A stretch of 64,000 bases of DNA from Patescibacteria group bacterium (GCA_038065615.1 JBBTQQ010000007.1:12473-76472); one strand, 5' to 3'. Counted from the first letter of the stretch, positions 8,144-18,586 are shown. Notes: generated by a model not told the origin, from the sequence alone. Made by a program: numbers and translations.

Positions 8144-9303
8144 TACAAACTAAGTAATATCCAGAATATTAACGCGAGATCATTTTTGAAATATGGAGCA
8201 TCAGCAAATCCATGGAAATATATTGCTGTTAGAAAGAGAATTGTTGATATAGCTAACAATCCTTTTTGCTTTATGGCTTTTGATATAAAGAATATTGTTA
8301 ATCCTAAGAAAGAAATTAATCCAAGGAGTCCTGTTTCAACCCAGAAGTTTAAGAAAATGTTGTGTGGGTAGTTTATTGATGGAAGGTTTGGATCACTGTT
8401 GTATTTATCATAATTAGTTTTGAAACCATAAAGTCCTTTTCCTAAGATCGGTGAATCTTTAATCATTTTGTTTGCTGTATTCCAGAGAGAAAATCTGCTA
8501 ACCGTTGATTTCTCACCCATAAAAGGAAGGATGATTCGGTATCTTAAGTTTGGTGTTGCTAGAACAATTAAAGCTGCAACAAAAAAGCCTATTAAAGCAG
8601 TAATGCGTTCTTTTTTGGTTGCAAAGAAGATTATATATACACCAGCTGCTGCTACAAAACCTACCCAACCTCCCCTAGAAAGTGTTAGTAAAAGGGCGAT
8701 TATTCCAAGGGCGTAGGATATTTTGTATGCTTGGTTTTTTAAAGAATCTTGTTTAACAAAGGGGAGAAGAAATGCGAGTAAAGGTGCTAGGTACAACGCA
8801 AAAGCATTTGGATATTCAAAGACACTTAAGATTCTTTTTGGTTCATTAGCATTCCCCCACCATTCTGTTGGTAATCCAATTAAGGTGAAATATTGAATTA
8901 TGCCATAAGCAGAAATCAACCCGACTGTTATGAAAAGAAGTTTAACAAAACGTATTTTGTTAATTGGGTTTGCAAGGATGAAGGATGAAGGAAAATATAC
9001 TAAAAGAGGCATTAAGAACAAAACTAAAAACTGTCCTGCTGCTCTGTGCCAATCAGGAGAAACAAATGCTGAGATTAAACCTGATATGAAGAAAAGAAAA
9101 AAAAGTTTCTTTAAAGTCTTTGGTTGAGATTTTATGAATGCAGTAAATTCTTTTGTTGTTTTGTTTTTGATGGTCCAGATTACGAAGGAAACTAAAAATA
9201 TTGCAACTAGTATTTCAAGAAAGTTGCTTGGGATTCCGAATATTGAAAATCGGATGACATAAGTAGGAGCAAGAATAAACAGAAGACTTAGAAGGTAGAA
9301 CAT
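8143..9303 (-). CDS. O-antigen ligase family membrane protein
   Basis: Multi-TM; YPNAFA, LTLSRGGW, PILGKG, YPHNIFLNFWVETGLLG. Confidence 0.85.
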   Translation of the reverse strand: MFYLLSLLFILAPTYVIRFSIFGIPSNFLEILVAIFLVSFVIWTIKNKTTKEFTAFIKSQPKTLKKLFFLFFISGLISAFVSPDWHRAAGQFLVLFLMPLLVYFPSSFILANPINKIRFVKLLFITVGLISAYGIIQYFTLIGLPTEWWGNANEPKRILSVFEYPNAFALYLAPLLAFLLPFVKQDSLKNQAYKISYALGIIALLLTLSRGGWVGFVAAAGVYIIFFATKKERITALIGFFVAALIVLATPNLRYRIILPFMGEKSTVSRFSLWNTANKMIKDSPILGKGLYGFKTNYDKYNSDPNLPSINYPHNIFLNFWVETGLLGLISFLGLTIFFISKAIKQKGLLAISTILFLTAIYFHGFADAPYFKNDLALIFWILLSL

Positions 9304-11823
9304 CTATTTAAATTTTAATTTGATGCTTGTGTCAGCAGTGTTCCCTTTGTCATCAACAGCGTGTAGTGCAAAAGTGTGGACGCCTGATGGAAGTTGTTGA
9401 GATATCTGGAAACTGTATGGTTCAGTGTCTATGCTCTGGACAAATGAACCGTCAATTAACAGATCAACTCTTGTTATTTTATTGTTCACGTCAGGAGAAA
9501 TATGTGTTTGTATTATGAAAGGTACTAGGTTTATGGTTGATCCATCAGGAGGAGAAATAACAGTGATTGTTGGTGGATTGCCAACGTCTAGTTGACCATT
9601 TGTTGGCTGACTTGGTGTTGGGGTTATTGGCATATCTCCTTTCGGAATGTATGAATAGCCGTGGTTTAAAGCCCATGTAGCAACAGGTTGTTCCCAGGAA
9701 ATATTGTCTGGTCTTTCAGAGTGGAGTGTTGTTACTCCACCGGCAAGGTGTAGGTCATCATATTCTTTTGGTACAGAAAAACTTGCAAAGATCTCTGTCT
9801 TTGTTGCAGTCGTGTATACCCCTGGAAGTTTTCCAGAGAGCGCATCAACAATAATGTTTTGAATACCATCAGGGACTGGGAATTGTTCTACTACTGTTCC
9901 TTTGAGTGCTTCGCTCATGAATTGTTTCCAAATTGGTGCAGCTGTCATGACAGCATCCATTTTCATTAATGTTCCATCGTTGTTTCCTGTCCAAACCCCT
10001 GCAACTAATGATGGAGTAAAACCAACGGCCCAGCCATCGTGGAAGTTCTGTGTTGTTCCTGTTTTTGCAGCAACAGGTCTGCCAGGAAGTGTTAGATAGA
10101 CTGAGCTAGAACCAAAAGTAAATTGTCTTGATTCATTGTCAGTCATGATACTTATTAATTCATATACGCTTTGAGGATCAAGAACTTCCTTGCTTTGATC
10201 TTTGTATTCTTCCAGAACATTTCCATTAGCATCTTCTATTTTTAAAATACCTGCGGTTTCGTGATGTACACCTTCGTTTGCAAATGTTGCATAGCCACTC
10301 ACATGATCAACCAGAGTTACTTCACATCCACCTAGAACTAAGGATAGACCACAATTTTTTAATGGACTTGTTATACCAACATCGCGCATTGTTTGAACTG
10401 CGTTGTCTACTCCAATTAGGTCTAGGGTTTTAACTGCTGGAATGTTTAGAGAACCTGCGAGTGCTTTCCTTATAGAAACAGGACCATGTACTTGCCCATT
10501 GTAGTTTTTTGGAATGTAATCTTTGTTACCATATTTACCAAAGTTTGTTTCTACATCTAATCTGAGTGTTGCTGGAGTTTGAGCAAATTCTGGTTTGAAT
10601 GCTGTGACATAGATATATGGTTTCATTGAAGAACCAGCTTGTCTTAATGCTGTTGCTACGTTTACTTCAGGTTCAAATGTGCAGTTTAAGCCTGGTTTAC
10701 ACCCGGTTGGGGTTGGGTCTGCAAAGAAGTCTTTAGAGCCCACCATTGCTAATATTTGCCCTGTTTTGGGGTCTATTGCCACCAAGGCGGCATTGTTACC
10801 ATTGTAGGCTTTAGCGTTTTTTATGACACCATCTTCAATTACTTTTTCCGCTATTTCTTGTAGCTTTAAATCAAGCGTTGTTGTTATTTTTAACCCGCCA
10901 CTTTCAAGGTTTGTGTCACCATATTTAGCAGCGACGTAGCTTTGAATGTATTGAACAAAGTGTGGTGCTGTAATTCTGTTTTTTATTTTTTGGAAAGCTA
11001 CTTGTTCGTTTTTTGCTTGGTTGTATTGTTCTTCTGTAATGTACCCTTGCTTTTTCATTTCTGAAAGAACAGTATTTTTTCTTGCATCAAGAGCATCTCT
11101 GTGGCTTCCGTTTGGTTGGTAGTATGTTGGTGATTGTGGAAGAGCAGCAAGGTATGCTGCTTCAGCTAGTGTTAAATCTTTTGCGTGTTTGTTAAAGTAT
11201 GTTTGCGCTGCAGCTTCAACACCATATGCATTGCTACCATACGGGATTTCGTTTAGGTAGAGTTTTAAAATATCGTCTTTTGTAAATCTCTCGTTTATTT
11301 CTATTGAAAGAATTATTTCTTTTACTTTTCTAGACCATGTTTTTTCTCTGGTTAAAACCGCGTTTTTAACAAACTGTTGTGTGATTGTACTGCCACCTTG
11401 TGTTTTGCTTCCTGAAATGAGGTTTACAAAAACAGATCGCATTATTCCCTTCAGGTTGATTCCACTTTCTTTGTAGAAGTTCTTATCTTCTATTGCAATG
11501 GTTGCATTTTTAATGTAGTCATTCATTTCTGAAAAAGGAATGAGGGTTCTTTTGTATTCACCATGTACTTCGTAAAGGAGGTCACCGTCTCTAGAAAGGA
11601 TTTTTGTTGATTGAGCAACTTGTCTAGTAAGTAAACGGTTTGGATCGGGAAGATCTTTTGAATACCAAATGAAAAGGAAAGCAATTGTTGCTAAACCTAG
11701 TGCTGTTAAACGTATGATCCAGCTCCAAAAACGCTTGGTTTTAATGAGGTTTATTAGTTTATTCCAGAAATTAACCCCCTTTTTTATGTACTTTTGGGGT
11801 CTGTAATAGTTTACTTTATTCAT
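9304..11823 (-). CDS. Class A penicillin-binding protein (PBP1A family) with C-terminal Ig-like domain
   Basis: EDKNFY, GGSTITQQFVKN, RKVKE glycosyltransferase motifs; SSMK, SLN, KTG transpeptidase motifs. Confidence 0.95.
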   Translation of the reverse strand: MNKVNYYRPQKYIKKGVNFWNKLINLIKTKRFWSWIIRLTALGLATIAFLFIWYSKDLPDPNRLLTRQVAQSTKILSRDGDLLYEVHGEYKRTLIPFSEMNDYIKNATIAIEDKNFYKESGINLKGIMRSVFVNLISGSKTQGGSTITQQFVKNAVLTREKTWSRKVKEIILSIEINERFTKDDILKLYLNEIPYGSNAYGVEAAAQTYFNKHAKDLTLAEAAYLAALPQSPTYYQPNGSHRDALDARKNTVLSEMKKQGYITEEQYNQAKNEQVAFQKIKNRITAPHFVQYIQSYVAAKYGDTNLESGGLKITTTLDLKLQEIAEKVIEDGVIKNAKAYNGNNAALVAIDPKTGQILAMVGSKDFFADPTPTGCKPGLNCTFEPEVNVATALRQAGSSMKPYIYVTAFKPEFAQTPATLRLDVETNFGKYGNKDYIPKNYNGQVHGPVSIRKALAGSLNIPAVKTLDLIGVDNAVQTMRDVGITSPLKNCGLSLVLGGCEVTLVDHVSGYATFANEGVHHETAGILKIEDANGNVLEEYKDQSKEVLDPQSVYELISIMTDNESRQFTFGSSSVYLTLPGRPVAAKTGTTQNFHDGWAVGFTPSLVAGVWTGNNDGTLMKMDAVMTAAPIWKQFMSEALKGTVVEQFPVPDGIQNIIVDALSGKLPGVYTTATKTEIFASFSVPKEYDDLHLAGGVTTLHSERPDNISWEQPVATWALNHGYSYIPKGDMPITPTPSQPTNGQLDVGNPPTITVISPPDGSTINLVPFIIQTHISPDVNNKITRVDLLIDGSFVQSIDTEPYSFQISQQLPSGVHTFALHAVDDKGNTADTSIKLKFK

Positions 11824-11868
11824 ATATGGATTATATCTTAGATGCTTAAAAGTTGCTATAATATCAAC

Positions 11869-13041
11869 ATGAAAACAGATATAAACGAAATATTAATCAG
11901 GGGCGTTAATGAAATTATTGACCTGGTTAGTTTAAAGAAACGTCTTAGTGGTAAAAAGAAATTGCGTGTTAAATTAGGAATTGACCCAACAGCAAAATCT
12001 ATTCATATTGGAAGAGCTGTTGTTTTGTGGAAGTTAAGAGCTTTGCAAGATGCTGGTCACAAGATTGTTTTGATAATTGGTGATTTTACAGGATTGATTG
12101 GAGACACTTCAGACAAAGATAGTGAACGACCAATGCTTTCTACAAAAGAAGTTAAAGCAAATATGAAGAACTATATCTCTCAGTTTGGAAAGATTGTTGA
12201 TTTAAAGAAAGCAGAGATACATTACAACTCAAAGTGGTTGAAGAAGCTTGGATATCTAGAAATTGCTGAACAGGCTGATCAGTTTTCTTTGCATGAGTTT
12301 GAAGCTCGAGAAAATATTGCTCGTAGAACTAAAGAACAAAAGCGAGTTAGTTTAAGAGAGCTTCTCTATCCCCTTATGCAAGGTTATGATTCTGTTGCTA
12401 TTAAGTCTGATCTGGAAGTTGGTGGAACAGATCAACGTTTTAATTTGCTTGCAGGAAGAGTATTGCAACGTTTTTACAAGCAGACTCCGCAAGAAATTAT
12501 GACGTTTGATTTGTTAGAAGGAACCGATGGTAGAAAGATGAGTTCTTCTTGGGGTAATGTCATTAACATTACTGATTCTCCTTCTCAGATGTTTGGCAAG
12601 ACAATGTCTATTCTAGATCGTTTGATTGTTCCTTATTTTGTTATGTGTATTCCACATATTTCTGTTTCAGAGATTGAGGAAATTGAAAAAGGTTTGAAAG
12701 AAGGAAAGTTAAATCCAAGAGACGCGAAAGCTCACTTAGCTACTGAATTGGTTCGTTTGTATCATGGTAACAAAGCAGCTGAAGCAGCAATGGCTGGTTT
12801 TGATAGGGTGCATAAGGACAAGGGAACACCAACGAATTTAAAGGGTTTTAAGCTCGCAGAACGAAGTATTATTGAGGTTTTAATTGGTGCAGGACTAGCT
12901 CAAAGTAATAGTGAGGCAAGACGTTTGATTGATCAGGGAGGTGTAAGGATTAATAGTAAAACTTGTGAAAGCTATATCTCGATTGTTCCGAAAGACTCAA
13001 TTGTTCAGGTGGGTAAAAGAAATTTTGTAAAGATAATTTAA
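11869..13041 (+). CDS. tyrS: Tyrosine--tRNA ligase
   Basis: GIDPT, HIGR, YPLMQGYD, GGTDQRFN, KMSSS, C-terminal S4; start set to ATG 11869. Confidence 0.97.
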   Translation: MKTDINEILIRGVNEIIDLVSLKKRLSGKKKLRVKLGIDPTAKSIHIGRAVVLWKLRALQDAGHKIVLIIGDFTGLIGDTSDKDSERPMLSTKEVKANMKNYISQFGKIVDLKKAEIHYNSKWLKKLGYLEIAEQADQFSLHEFEARENIARRTKEQKRVSLRELLYPLMQGYDSVAIKSDLEVGGTDQRFNLLAGRVLQRFYKQTPQEIMTFDLLEGTDGRKMSSSWGNVINITDSPSQMFGKTMSILDRLIVPYFVMCIPHISVSEIEEIEKGLKEGKLNPRDAKAHLATELVRLYHGNKAAEAAMAGFDRVHKDKGTPTNLKGFKLAERSIIEVLIGAGLAQSNSEARRLIDQGGVRINSKTCESYISIVPKDSIVQVGKRNFVKII

Positions 13042-13069
13042 AAAACAGGGCTTCAAGCCCTGTTTTTTT
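13040..13069. terminator. Bidirectional terminator
   Basis: AAAAAACAGGGCTTCAAGCCCTGTTTTTT. Confidence 0.85.
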
Positions 13070-14828
13070 ATGCTTTGTTAAATCCTCCGGCTTGGATCTG
13101 CCAAAGTTTTTGGTAAGTTCCTTTGTTTGCTTTGAGAAGCTCTTTGTGTTTTCCTTCCTCAGTTATTTCTCCATTTTCAATGACAATGATTCTGTCCATG
13201 TTCATGATTGTTGAAAGTCTGTGAGCAATGACGATTGTTGTTTTCCCATGCATGAGGTTTATCATCGCATCTTGAATTAGTTTTTCAGACTCAGAATCAA
13301 GAGATGAGGTTGCTTCATCAAGAACAAGGATAGGAGCATTTTTTAGTATTGCTCTTGCTATTGCGATTCTTTGTCTTTCACCACCTGAAAGTTTAACTCC
13401 CCTTTCTCCAACGTAGGTGTTGTATTGATCTGGGAATTTATTTATGAACTCATCACAGTGTGCAAGTTTTGCAGCTACTTTAACTTCATCATCTGTGGCA
13501 TTTAGTTTTCCGTAACGGATGTTTTCCATTAAAGATCTATGGAAAAGAATTGGTTCTTGAGGAACAAGTGAAATGCCTTCTCTTAAGCTTGTTTGAGTAA
13601 CTTTAGAAATGTCTTGGTTATCAATGTATACTTTTCCTTTTTGTAGATCAAAGAATCTGAAGATTATTCTTGTAATTGTTGATTTACCACCACCAGAGGG
13701 ACCAATTAAAGCAACTTTCTCCCCTGCTCGTATATCAAGATTAAACTTTTTTAGAATGGATCCTGTTTTTTGATATCCGAATTCAACATTTTTAAAGCTT
13801 ATTGTTCCTTCAGTTACAGTTAAATCTTTTGCTCCTTTGATGTCTGCTACCTCATGAGGTGTTAGTAAGATGTCAGTCATTTCTTGAGCATCTGACATTG
13901 CTTCATAGTATTTACGAATGTTTTTACCAAAGTTCCAAAGATGATCAAACAACCCAATTATATATATTTGAATTAATACAAAGTCACCAACTGTTAGATG
14001 TGCGCTTTCCCTGTATTTTATGGCAAAGTAAAAGACGCCAAATTCTAGTAGCACCATAAATAGTGACTGAATCATTTCAGCAACGCCTGCCAGGGTCCAG
14101 CTAAAATGCTGTATCTTGTACCATTTTTGTTGAAGGGCGTTGAATGCTTTGATTTCAAAGTTGAGAGTTCCAAACAGCTTTATATTGATGTTGTTTGTTA
14201 TCGTATCTGCTAGTTGACCAGTTAGTTGACTGTCGATTTTTGATCTTTCAACATCATATTTTAGTTTGTATTCTGAAAAGAAGAATTGAAAACCAATGTA
14301 TGCAAAAGCCCAGACTAAGACCACTGCTCCAACGACCCATTGTCGTGTGGACAGAATAACAACAATTATTATGATTCTAAGAAGTGTTTGGGAAATGTTC
14401 CAGTAAGCAATGTCCACGATCGTTTCAAATGATCTAGAGAATTTGTTTACTTTCCTTACTAAGCTTCCTGCAAAGTTGTTGTTGAAGAAATTGTATGAGT
14501 GCTCTTGTAGATATTTGAAACAAGTGTTGGTTAAGTCCTTTATGACTCTGAGTTCAAAGAATTGGTTTAGAAAAGTTGCGCTTCTCCAGAAAACCCATGA
14601 CGTTAAAGCAGCGAGTAACATGTATACAAGGATGGTAAATAGCCTTGTTGTCATTCCTGGTTGGTTTAGCGCAATCTCATTGAACAACATTTTGTAGAGG
14701 AATGGTCTGAAAAGATCAGCAGATACAGCACAAATCATTGTTAAAACCATTATGAAAAATATCCAGGGATATTTTTTTGAATGATCCCAGAATATTCGAA
14801 TTGTTTCTTTTGTTAGGTGTTTGTTCAT
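13068..14828 (-). CDS. ABC exporter, fused permease/ATPase
   Basis: TM domain plus GPSGGGKS, LSGGERQR, LVLDEATS. Confidence 0.95.
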   Translation of the reverse strand: MNKHLTKETIRIFWDHSKKYPWIFFIMVLTMICAVSADLFRPFLYKMLFNEIALNQPGMTTRLFTILVYMLLAALTSWVFWRSATFLNQFFELRVIKDLTNTCFKYLQEHSYNFFNNNFAGSLVRKVNKFSRSFETIVDIAYWNISQTLLRIIIIVVILSTRQWVVGAVVLVWAFAYIGFQFFFSEYKLKYDVERSKIDSQLTGQLADTITNNINIKLFGTLNFEIKAFNALQQKWYKIQHFSWTLAGVAEMIQSLFMVLLEFGVFYFAIKYRESAHLTVGDFVLIQIYIIGLFDHLWNFGKNIRKYYEAMSDAQEMTDILLTPHEVADIKGAKDLTVTEGTISFKNVEFGYQKTGSILKKFNLDIRAGEKVALIGPSGGGKSTITRIIFRFFDLQKGKVYIDNQDISKVTQTSLREGISLVPQEPILFHRSLMENIRYGKLNATDDEVKVAAKLAHCDEFINKFPDQYNTYVGERGVKLSGGERQRIAIARAILKNAPILVLDEATSSLDSESEKLIQDAMINLMHGKTTIVIAHRLSTIMNMDRIIVIENGEITEEGKHKELLKANKGTYQKLWQIQAGGFNKA

Positions 14829-15298
14829 ATTTTTTTAAATCCTGCACAAAGTGCTATGGCTAAAGCATCCGCTGCATCATCAGGCTTAGGAAGTGTTTTT
14901 AGGTTAAATGTTTTTTGAACCATTAATTGGACCTGTTTTTTTTCTGCTTTACCGTAGCCGCAGATGATTGATTTAACTTGTAGTGGTGTAAATTCCTGGA
15001 GCTTTATCTTTTTTTGTTGAAGCGTTAGTAGTACCACACCTCTTGCTTGGGAAACAGTCATTGCAGTTTTGGCATTGTTTTCAAAGTATAGTTTTTCAAC
15101 TCCCGCAACTTCTGGTTTATATTTAGCTATTATTCTAATCAGGTCTTTTTGAACCTCAACTAATCTTTCAGAGTCGGTTTTGGTTTTTTTGGTTGAGATG
15201 ACTCCAAAATCAAGTATTTCAAAGCTGTTGTTTTTAAGTTTTTTGATTAAAGCATAGCCTGTTGTTGCTGTGCCTGGATCTATTCCGAGTATGATCAT
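14825..15298 (-). CDS. ruvC: Holliday junction resolvase RuvC
   Basis: ILGIDPG, VEKLYF, DDAADALA. Confidence 0.97.
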   Translation of the reverse strand: MIILGIDPGTATTGYALIKKLKNNSFEILDFGVISTKKTKTDSERLVEVQKDLIRIIAKYKPEVAGVEKLYFENNAKTAMTVSQARGVVLLTLQQKKIKLQEFTPLQVKSIICGYGKAEKKQVQLMVQKTFNLKTLPKPDDAADALAIALCAGFKKI

Positions 15299-15308
15299 AG
15301 TTTGTAGG

Positions 15309-16019
15309 TTAAAGGTTTCCTGATGTGTGTACTGCTACCACATCTTCATCATCTGAAAGCGCATCGAAGAGTTTTTGAACTGATGTGGTTTGTTCTGCGT
15401 TAAGAGCAACCCCCTGTGATGATTCCATTATTATTTCTGCTTGCGCTATTTTTGCACCAACTGTTGTTATATTGTTTTTAATTTTTTCTAAGTCTTCTGG
15501 TTTTGTGTATATTTCTAGACCTTCTGTTGATTCTCTTACATCATCAGCACCAGCATCAATGGCTGAAAGCTCGATCTCTGAAAGGTTCTCTGCTCTTTCA
15601 ACAAGGATTTGTCCTTTGGTTAGAAATTGCCATGCAACTGATCCGGGTTGGCCAATGTTTCCGCCATTTTTAGCGAATATTGTTCTGATGTTTTGGAATG
15701 TTCTGTTTGGATTATCACTAGCTGCTTCAACAATGAACGCTGTTCCTGCTGGACCATAGCCTTCATATTGTAAGGTGTGCATGTTGCTTGCGTCTGTACC
15801 AGATGCTTTTTTTATTGCTCTTTCAATATTGTCATTAGGCATTGCGTTTTCTCTTGCTTTTTGGATTGCTAAACGCAACTTAAAGTTAGTGTCAGGACTT
15901 GAACCGTCTTTTGCAGCTATAGTTATTTGTTTTGAAAGCTTTGAGAAGAGAGCTCCTTTTTTAACATCGGCTGCTCCTTTAGACCTTTTTATTTGTGCCC
16001 ATTTTGAGTGTCCTGACAT
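15309..16019 (-). CDS. yebC: YebC/PmpR family protein
   Basis: MSGHSKWAQIK, YEGYGPAG, SDNPNRT. Confidence 0.96.
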   Translation of the reverse strand: MSGHSKWAQIKRSKGAADVKKGALFSKLSKQITIAAKDGSSPDTNFKLRLAIQKARENAMPNDNIERAIKKASGTDASNMHTLQYEGYGPAGTAFIVEAASDNPNRTFQNIRTIFAKNGGNIGQPGSVAWQFLTKGQILVERAENLSEIELSAIDAGADDVRESTEGLEIYTKPEDLEKIKNNITTVGAKIAQAEIIMESSQGVALNAEQTTSVQKLFDALSDDEDVVAVHTSGNL

Positions 16020-16020
16020 G

Positions 16021-16686
16021 TTATTTAAAGCTTACTAGTACAGTTATCTCCCCTTTTACACTGCCCCTTGCTTCTAGTTTGTTTAGAACTTCTGTTGCTG
16101 TTCCTCTAATGAATTCTTCGTGCATTTTTGTAAGTTCTCTTGCAACAACCACTTTTGAGTTTGGCCAGGTGTTTGCAATGAAGCCAACGCTTTTAATGAT
16201 TCTATGTGGGGATTCATAGAAAATTATGGTTGCTTCTAGTTCTTCCGCGCTTTTTAATTCATTGGTAAATTTAATTTCTGTTTTAGGTACAAAGCCAAGG
16301 AAGATGAATTTGTCAGTAGGTAAACCTGATGCACATAATGCGGTTATTGCAGCATTTGGTCCAGGGATAGGCACAACTTGTATTTCCTTTGCAATTGCTG
16401 CTCTAACAATTCTAAAGCCCGGGTCTGATATTCCGGGAGTTCCCGCATCACTTAGAAGCACTGCATTTTTGTTCGCTATTTCTTTTAATACTATTGGTAG
16501 TTTTTCTTGTTCATTGTGTTCTGCAAACTGAATGAATCTTTTTGCAGGAATGTTTAAGTGCTCAAAAAGACGTTTTGAGTAAGATGGGTTTTCAGCAATA
16601 ACTAGATCACAATCTGCGAGAGTTTGTTTTGCTCTGTCAGAAAGATCAGAAAGGTTCCCTATTGGAGTTGATAGTACGTACAACAT
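16021..16686 (-). CDS. rsmI: 16S rRNA C1402 2'-O-methyltransferase
   Basis: STPIGNL, SDAGTPGISDPG, YESPHR, RELTKMHEE. Confidence 0.96.
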   Translation of the reverse strand: MLYVLSTPIGNLSDLSDRAKQTLADCDLVIAENPSYSKRLFEHLNIPAKRFIQFAEHNEQEKLPIVLKEIANKNAVLLSDAGTPGISDPGFRIVRAAIAKEIQVVPIPGPNAAITALCASGLPTDKFIFLGFVPKTEIKFTNELKSAEELEATIIFYESPHRIIKSVGFIANTWPNSKVVVARELTKMHEEFIRGTATEVLNKLEARGSVKGEITVLVSFK

Positions 16687-17315
16687 TATTTTGAGTAGTG
16701 GGTTAATTTTAATCCGTGTTCAATGCATTTGTCTTTTCTTGCAGTGCAGTATTTTCTTCCAAGCCAGATTAGTTGATCGGCGAATTTGATCCAATCTTTC
16801 TCTGGAACTATTTGCATTAACTCCCCCTCTATTTTAGCAGGATCTGTGTGTTTAGTCAGACCAAGACGCTTAGCTACTCTTTTAACATGTGTATCAACAA
16901 CAAAACCTGATGTAATACCAAACGCGTGTCCTAAAACTACGTTTGCTGTTTTGCTTGCTACCCCTGGAAGTTTAATGAGTAGTTTCTTTTCTCTTGGTAT
17001 CTTGTCTTTGTATTCTTCGTGGATTATTCTGCTTGTTTTCTGGATCATTTTAGCTTTGTTTCTGTAGAAAGTAACTGGGTATATGTCTTTTGTTAGTTGA
17101 TTGATGTTTGCGTTTGCAAAGGCTTTTGGTGTTTTGTATTTCTTGAAAAGCGGTTTTGTTATTTTGTTTACAAGAGTATCAGTGCATTGTGCTGAGAGAA
17201 TTGTTGCGATTAGTAGCTGAAAAGGAGTCTTGTATATTAAAGAGGTTGTTGTTTTTGGAAACAATCTGTCTAGTTCTTTCTTTATGTTTTTGACCCTGAT
17301 TTTTAGGTTTTGCAT
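16686..17315 (-). CDS. nth: Endonuclease III
   Basis: LSAQCTD, LPGVASKTA HhH, VDTHV; C-terminal Fe-S Cys motif is incomplete. Confidence 0.93.
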   Translation of the reverse strand: MQNLKIRVKNIKKELDRLFPKTTTSLIYKTPFQLLIATILSAQCTDTLVNKITKPLFKKYKTPKAFANANINQLTKDIYPVTFYRNKAKMIQKTSRIIHEEYKDKIPREKKLLIKLPGVASKTANVVLGHAFGITSGFVVDTHVKRVAKRLGLTKHTDPAKIEGELMQIVPEKDWIKFADQLIWLGRKYCTARKDKCIEHGLKLTHYSK

Positions 17316-17344
17316 GAGGTTATCATAACATGGGGGGTTGTTTA

Positions 17345-17521
17345 CAAAAACAAAACTCTCCCGAAAGGAGAGTTTTGCTGAAAAGTTCCACTAAAGAGCT
17401 ATTTAACCATTGCAATGTATTTATCGCAATTATAATGTTAGTGAACCTAACACTTTGTTTTTGTATTCAATTGTATTTTATTTTTGTTTCAATTCACCTC
17501 ACGGCGAATTTGAACTTTTCT
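17345..17521 (-). ncRNA. Candidate stand-alone structured sRNA (~175 nt)
   Basis: Promoter TTGACC-17-TATAAT (17556-17528), closing stem GAAAAGTTC/GAACTTTTC, internal hairpins, terminator 17351-17377; no ORF. Confidence 0.6.
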
Positions 17522-17612
17522 AAATCTATTATATCAGAAAAAACGACTTTGGTCAATGGTTTGTTGAGTTTGGATATATGCGATATACTGTTTTTAGAAT
17601 TAAATTTGAAGA

Positions 17613-18551
17613 ATGAATCCACAAAATATTTTGAGTGTTAGATTTTTGTTAGGGAGATCTTGGGAAATATACAAAACAAAGTTTGCTCTTTTGTTTGGCA
17701 TATTATCAGCACCTTTGGTTGTTATGGTTTTGTCGTATCTTTTATCAGAGCTTTTGCCTCCGCTTTCTTTTGTGTTGCTCATCTTGGCAGGGTTGCTTGG
17801 TTGGGCAAGTCAGCTTGCTATGATTTATGCATTAAAGACACCAGGAGTTGGTGTTTTGGAAGCATACAAGTTAGGGTTGTCTAAAATATTGTCAGTTATA
17901 TGGATCGGAATATTGATTGTTGGTAATTTAGCTTCTGCTATTGCTCTGCCTTTGATTCTTGCCTTTGTTGCTTTGTCTATCAAAGAAGCTGGGATGCTTG
18001 AATCATCAAAGACTCTGTTCTTTACAGTTTCAGGAGCTGGTATATTGTTAGCTGTCTTAGGCGTTATTTTTGCGATATATTTGAGTATTCTTTTTCAGTT
18101 TTCTACATATTCCTTGATTATTGACGATCATAAAGGTGTTAATGCTCTTTCTGCAAGCACTAGCTTAGTTAAGGGAAGATGGTTTATGGTTTTTGTGAGA
18201 ATCCTCGCAATGGTGGTTATCTTTACTATCCCGGTTGTTATACTAGATATGTTTATGCAGGATCAACAAGGTTTGTTTAATTTAATTCAGTCAGCCTTTG
18301 GATATATCATTGCTCCGTTTATTGTTGCATATATGTACAGTTTGTTTGTTGGTATGAAAGAAGAGAAAGTGGTTAATGTAGAAGAAAATGTTAATCAAAG
18401 GGATTGGGTTGTTGGACGTGCTGCCTTTGGTTTTGCAACAATTCTTGCTTTGCTCTTGTTTTTGATTGTTGTTCAGAAGACAACGTATTTTCCGGGTTTG
18501 AAAGAAAAGCTTGGCGTTATGAAGGCGCAGAGTAGTATATACACTAAGTAA
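17613..18551 (+). CDS. Hypothetical multi-pass membrane protein
   Basis: Several hydrophobic segments; ALSASTSLVKGRWF-type motif. Confidence 0.8.
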   Translation: MNPQNILSVRFLLGRSWEIYKTKFALLFGILSAPLVVMVLSYLLSELLPPLSFVLLILAGLLGWASQLAMIYALKTPGVGVLEAYKLGLSKILSVIWIGILIVGNLASAIALPLILAFVALSIKEAGMLESSKTLFFTVSGAGILLAVLGVIFAIYLSILFQFSTYSLIIDDHKGVNALSASTSLVKGRWFMVFVRILAMVVIFTIPVVILDMFMQDQQGLFNLIQSAFGYIIAPFIVAYMYSLFVGMKEEKVVNVEENVNQRDWVVGRAAFGFATILALLLFLIVVQKTTYFPGLKEKLGVMKAQSSIYTK

Positions 18552-18553
18552 TT

Positions 18554-18585
18554 AAAAAATCCCCGACACTGTTCGGGGATTTTTT
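18554..18585. terminator. Bidirectional terminator
   Basis: AAAAAATCCCCGA...TCGGGGATTTTTT. Confidence 0.8.
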
Positions 18586-18586
18586 C

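Noticed and set aside
17330-17641. 103-aa plus-strand ORF in the nth intergenic region
   Set aside because: Crosses a terminator and two promoters; better explained by the minus-strand sRNA candidate
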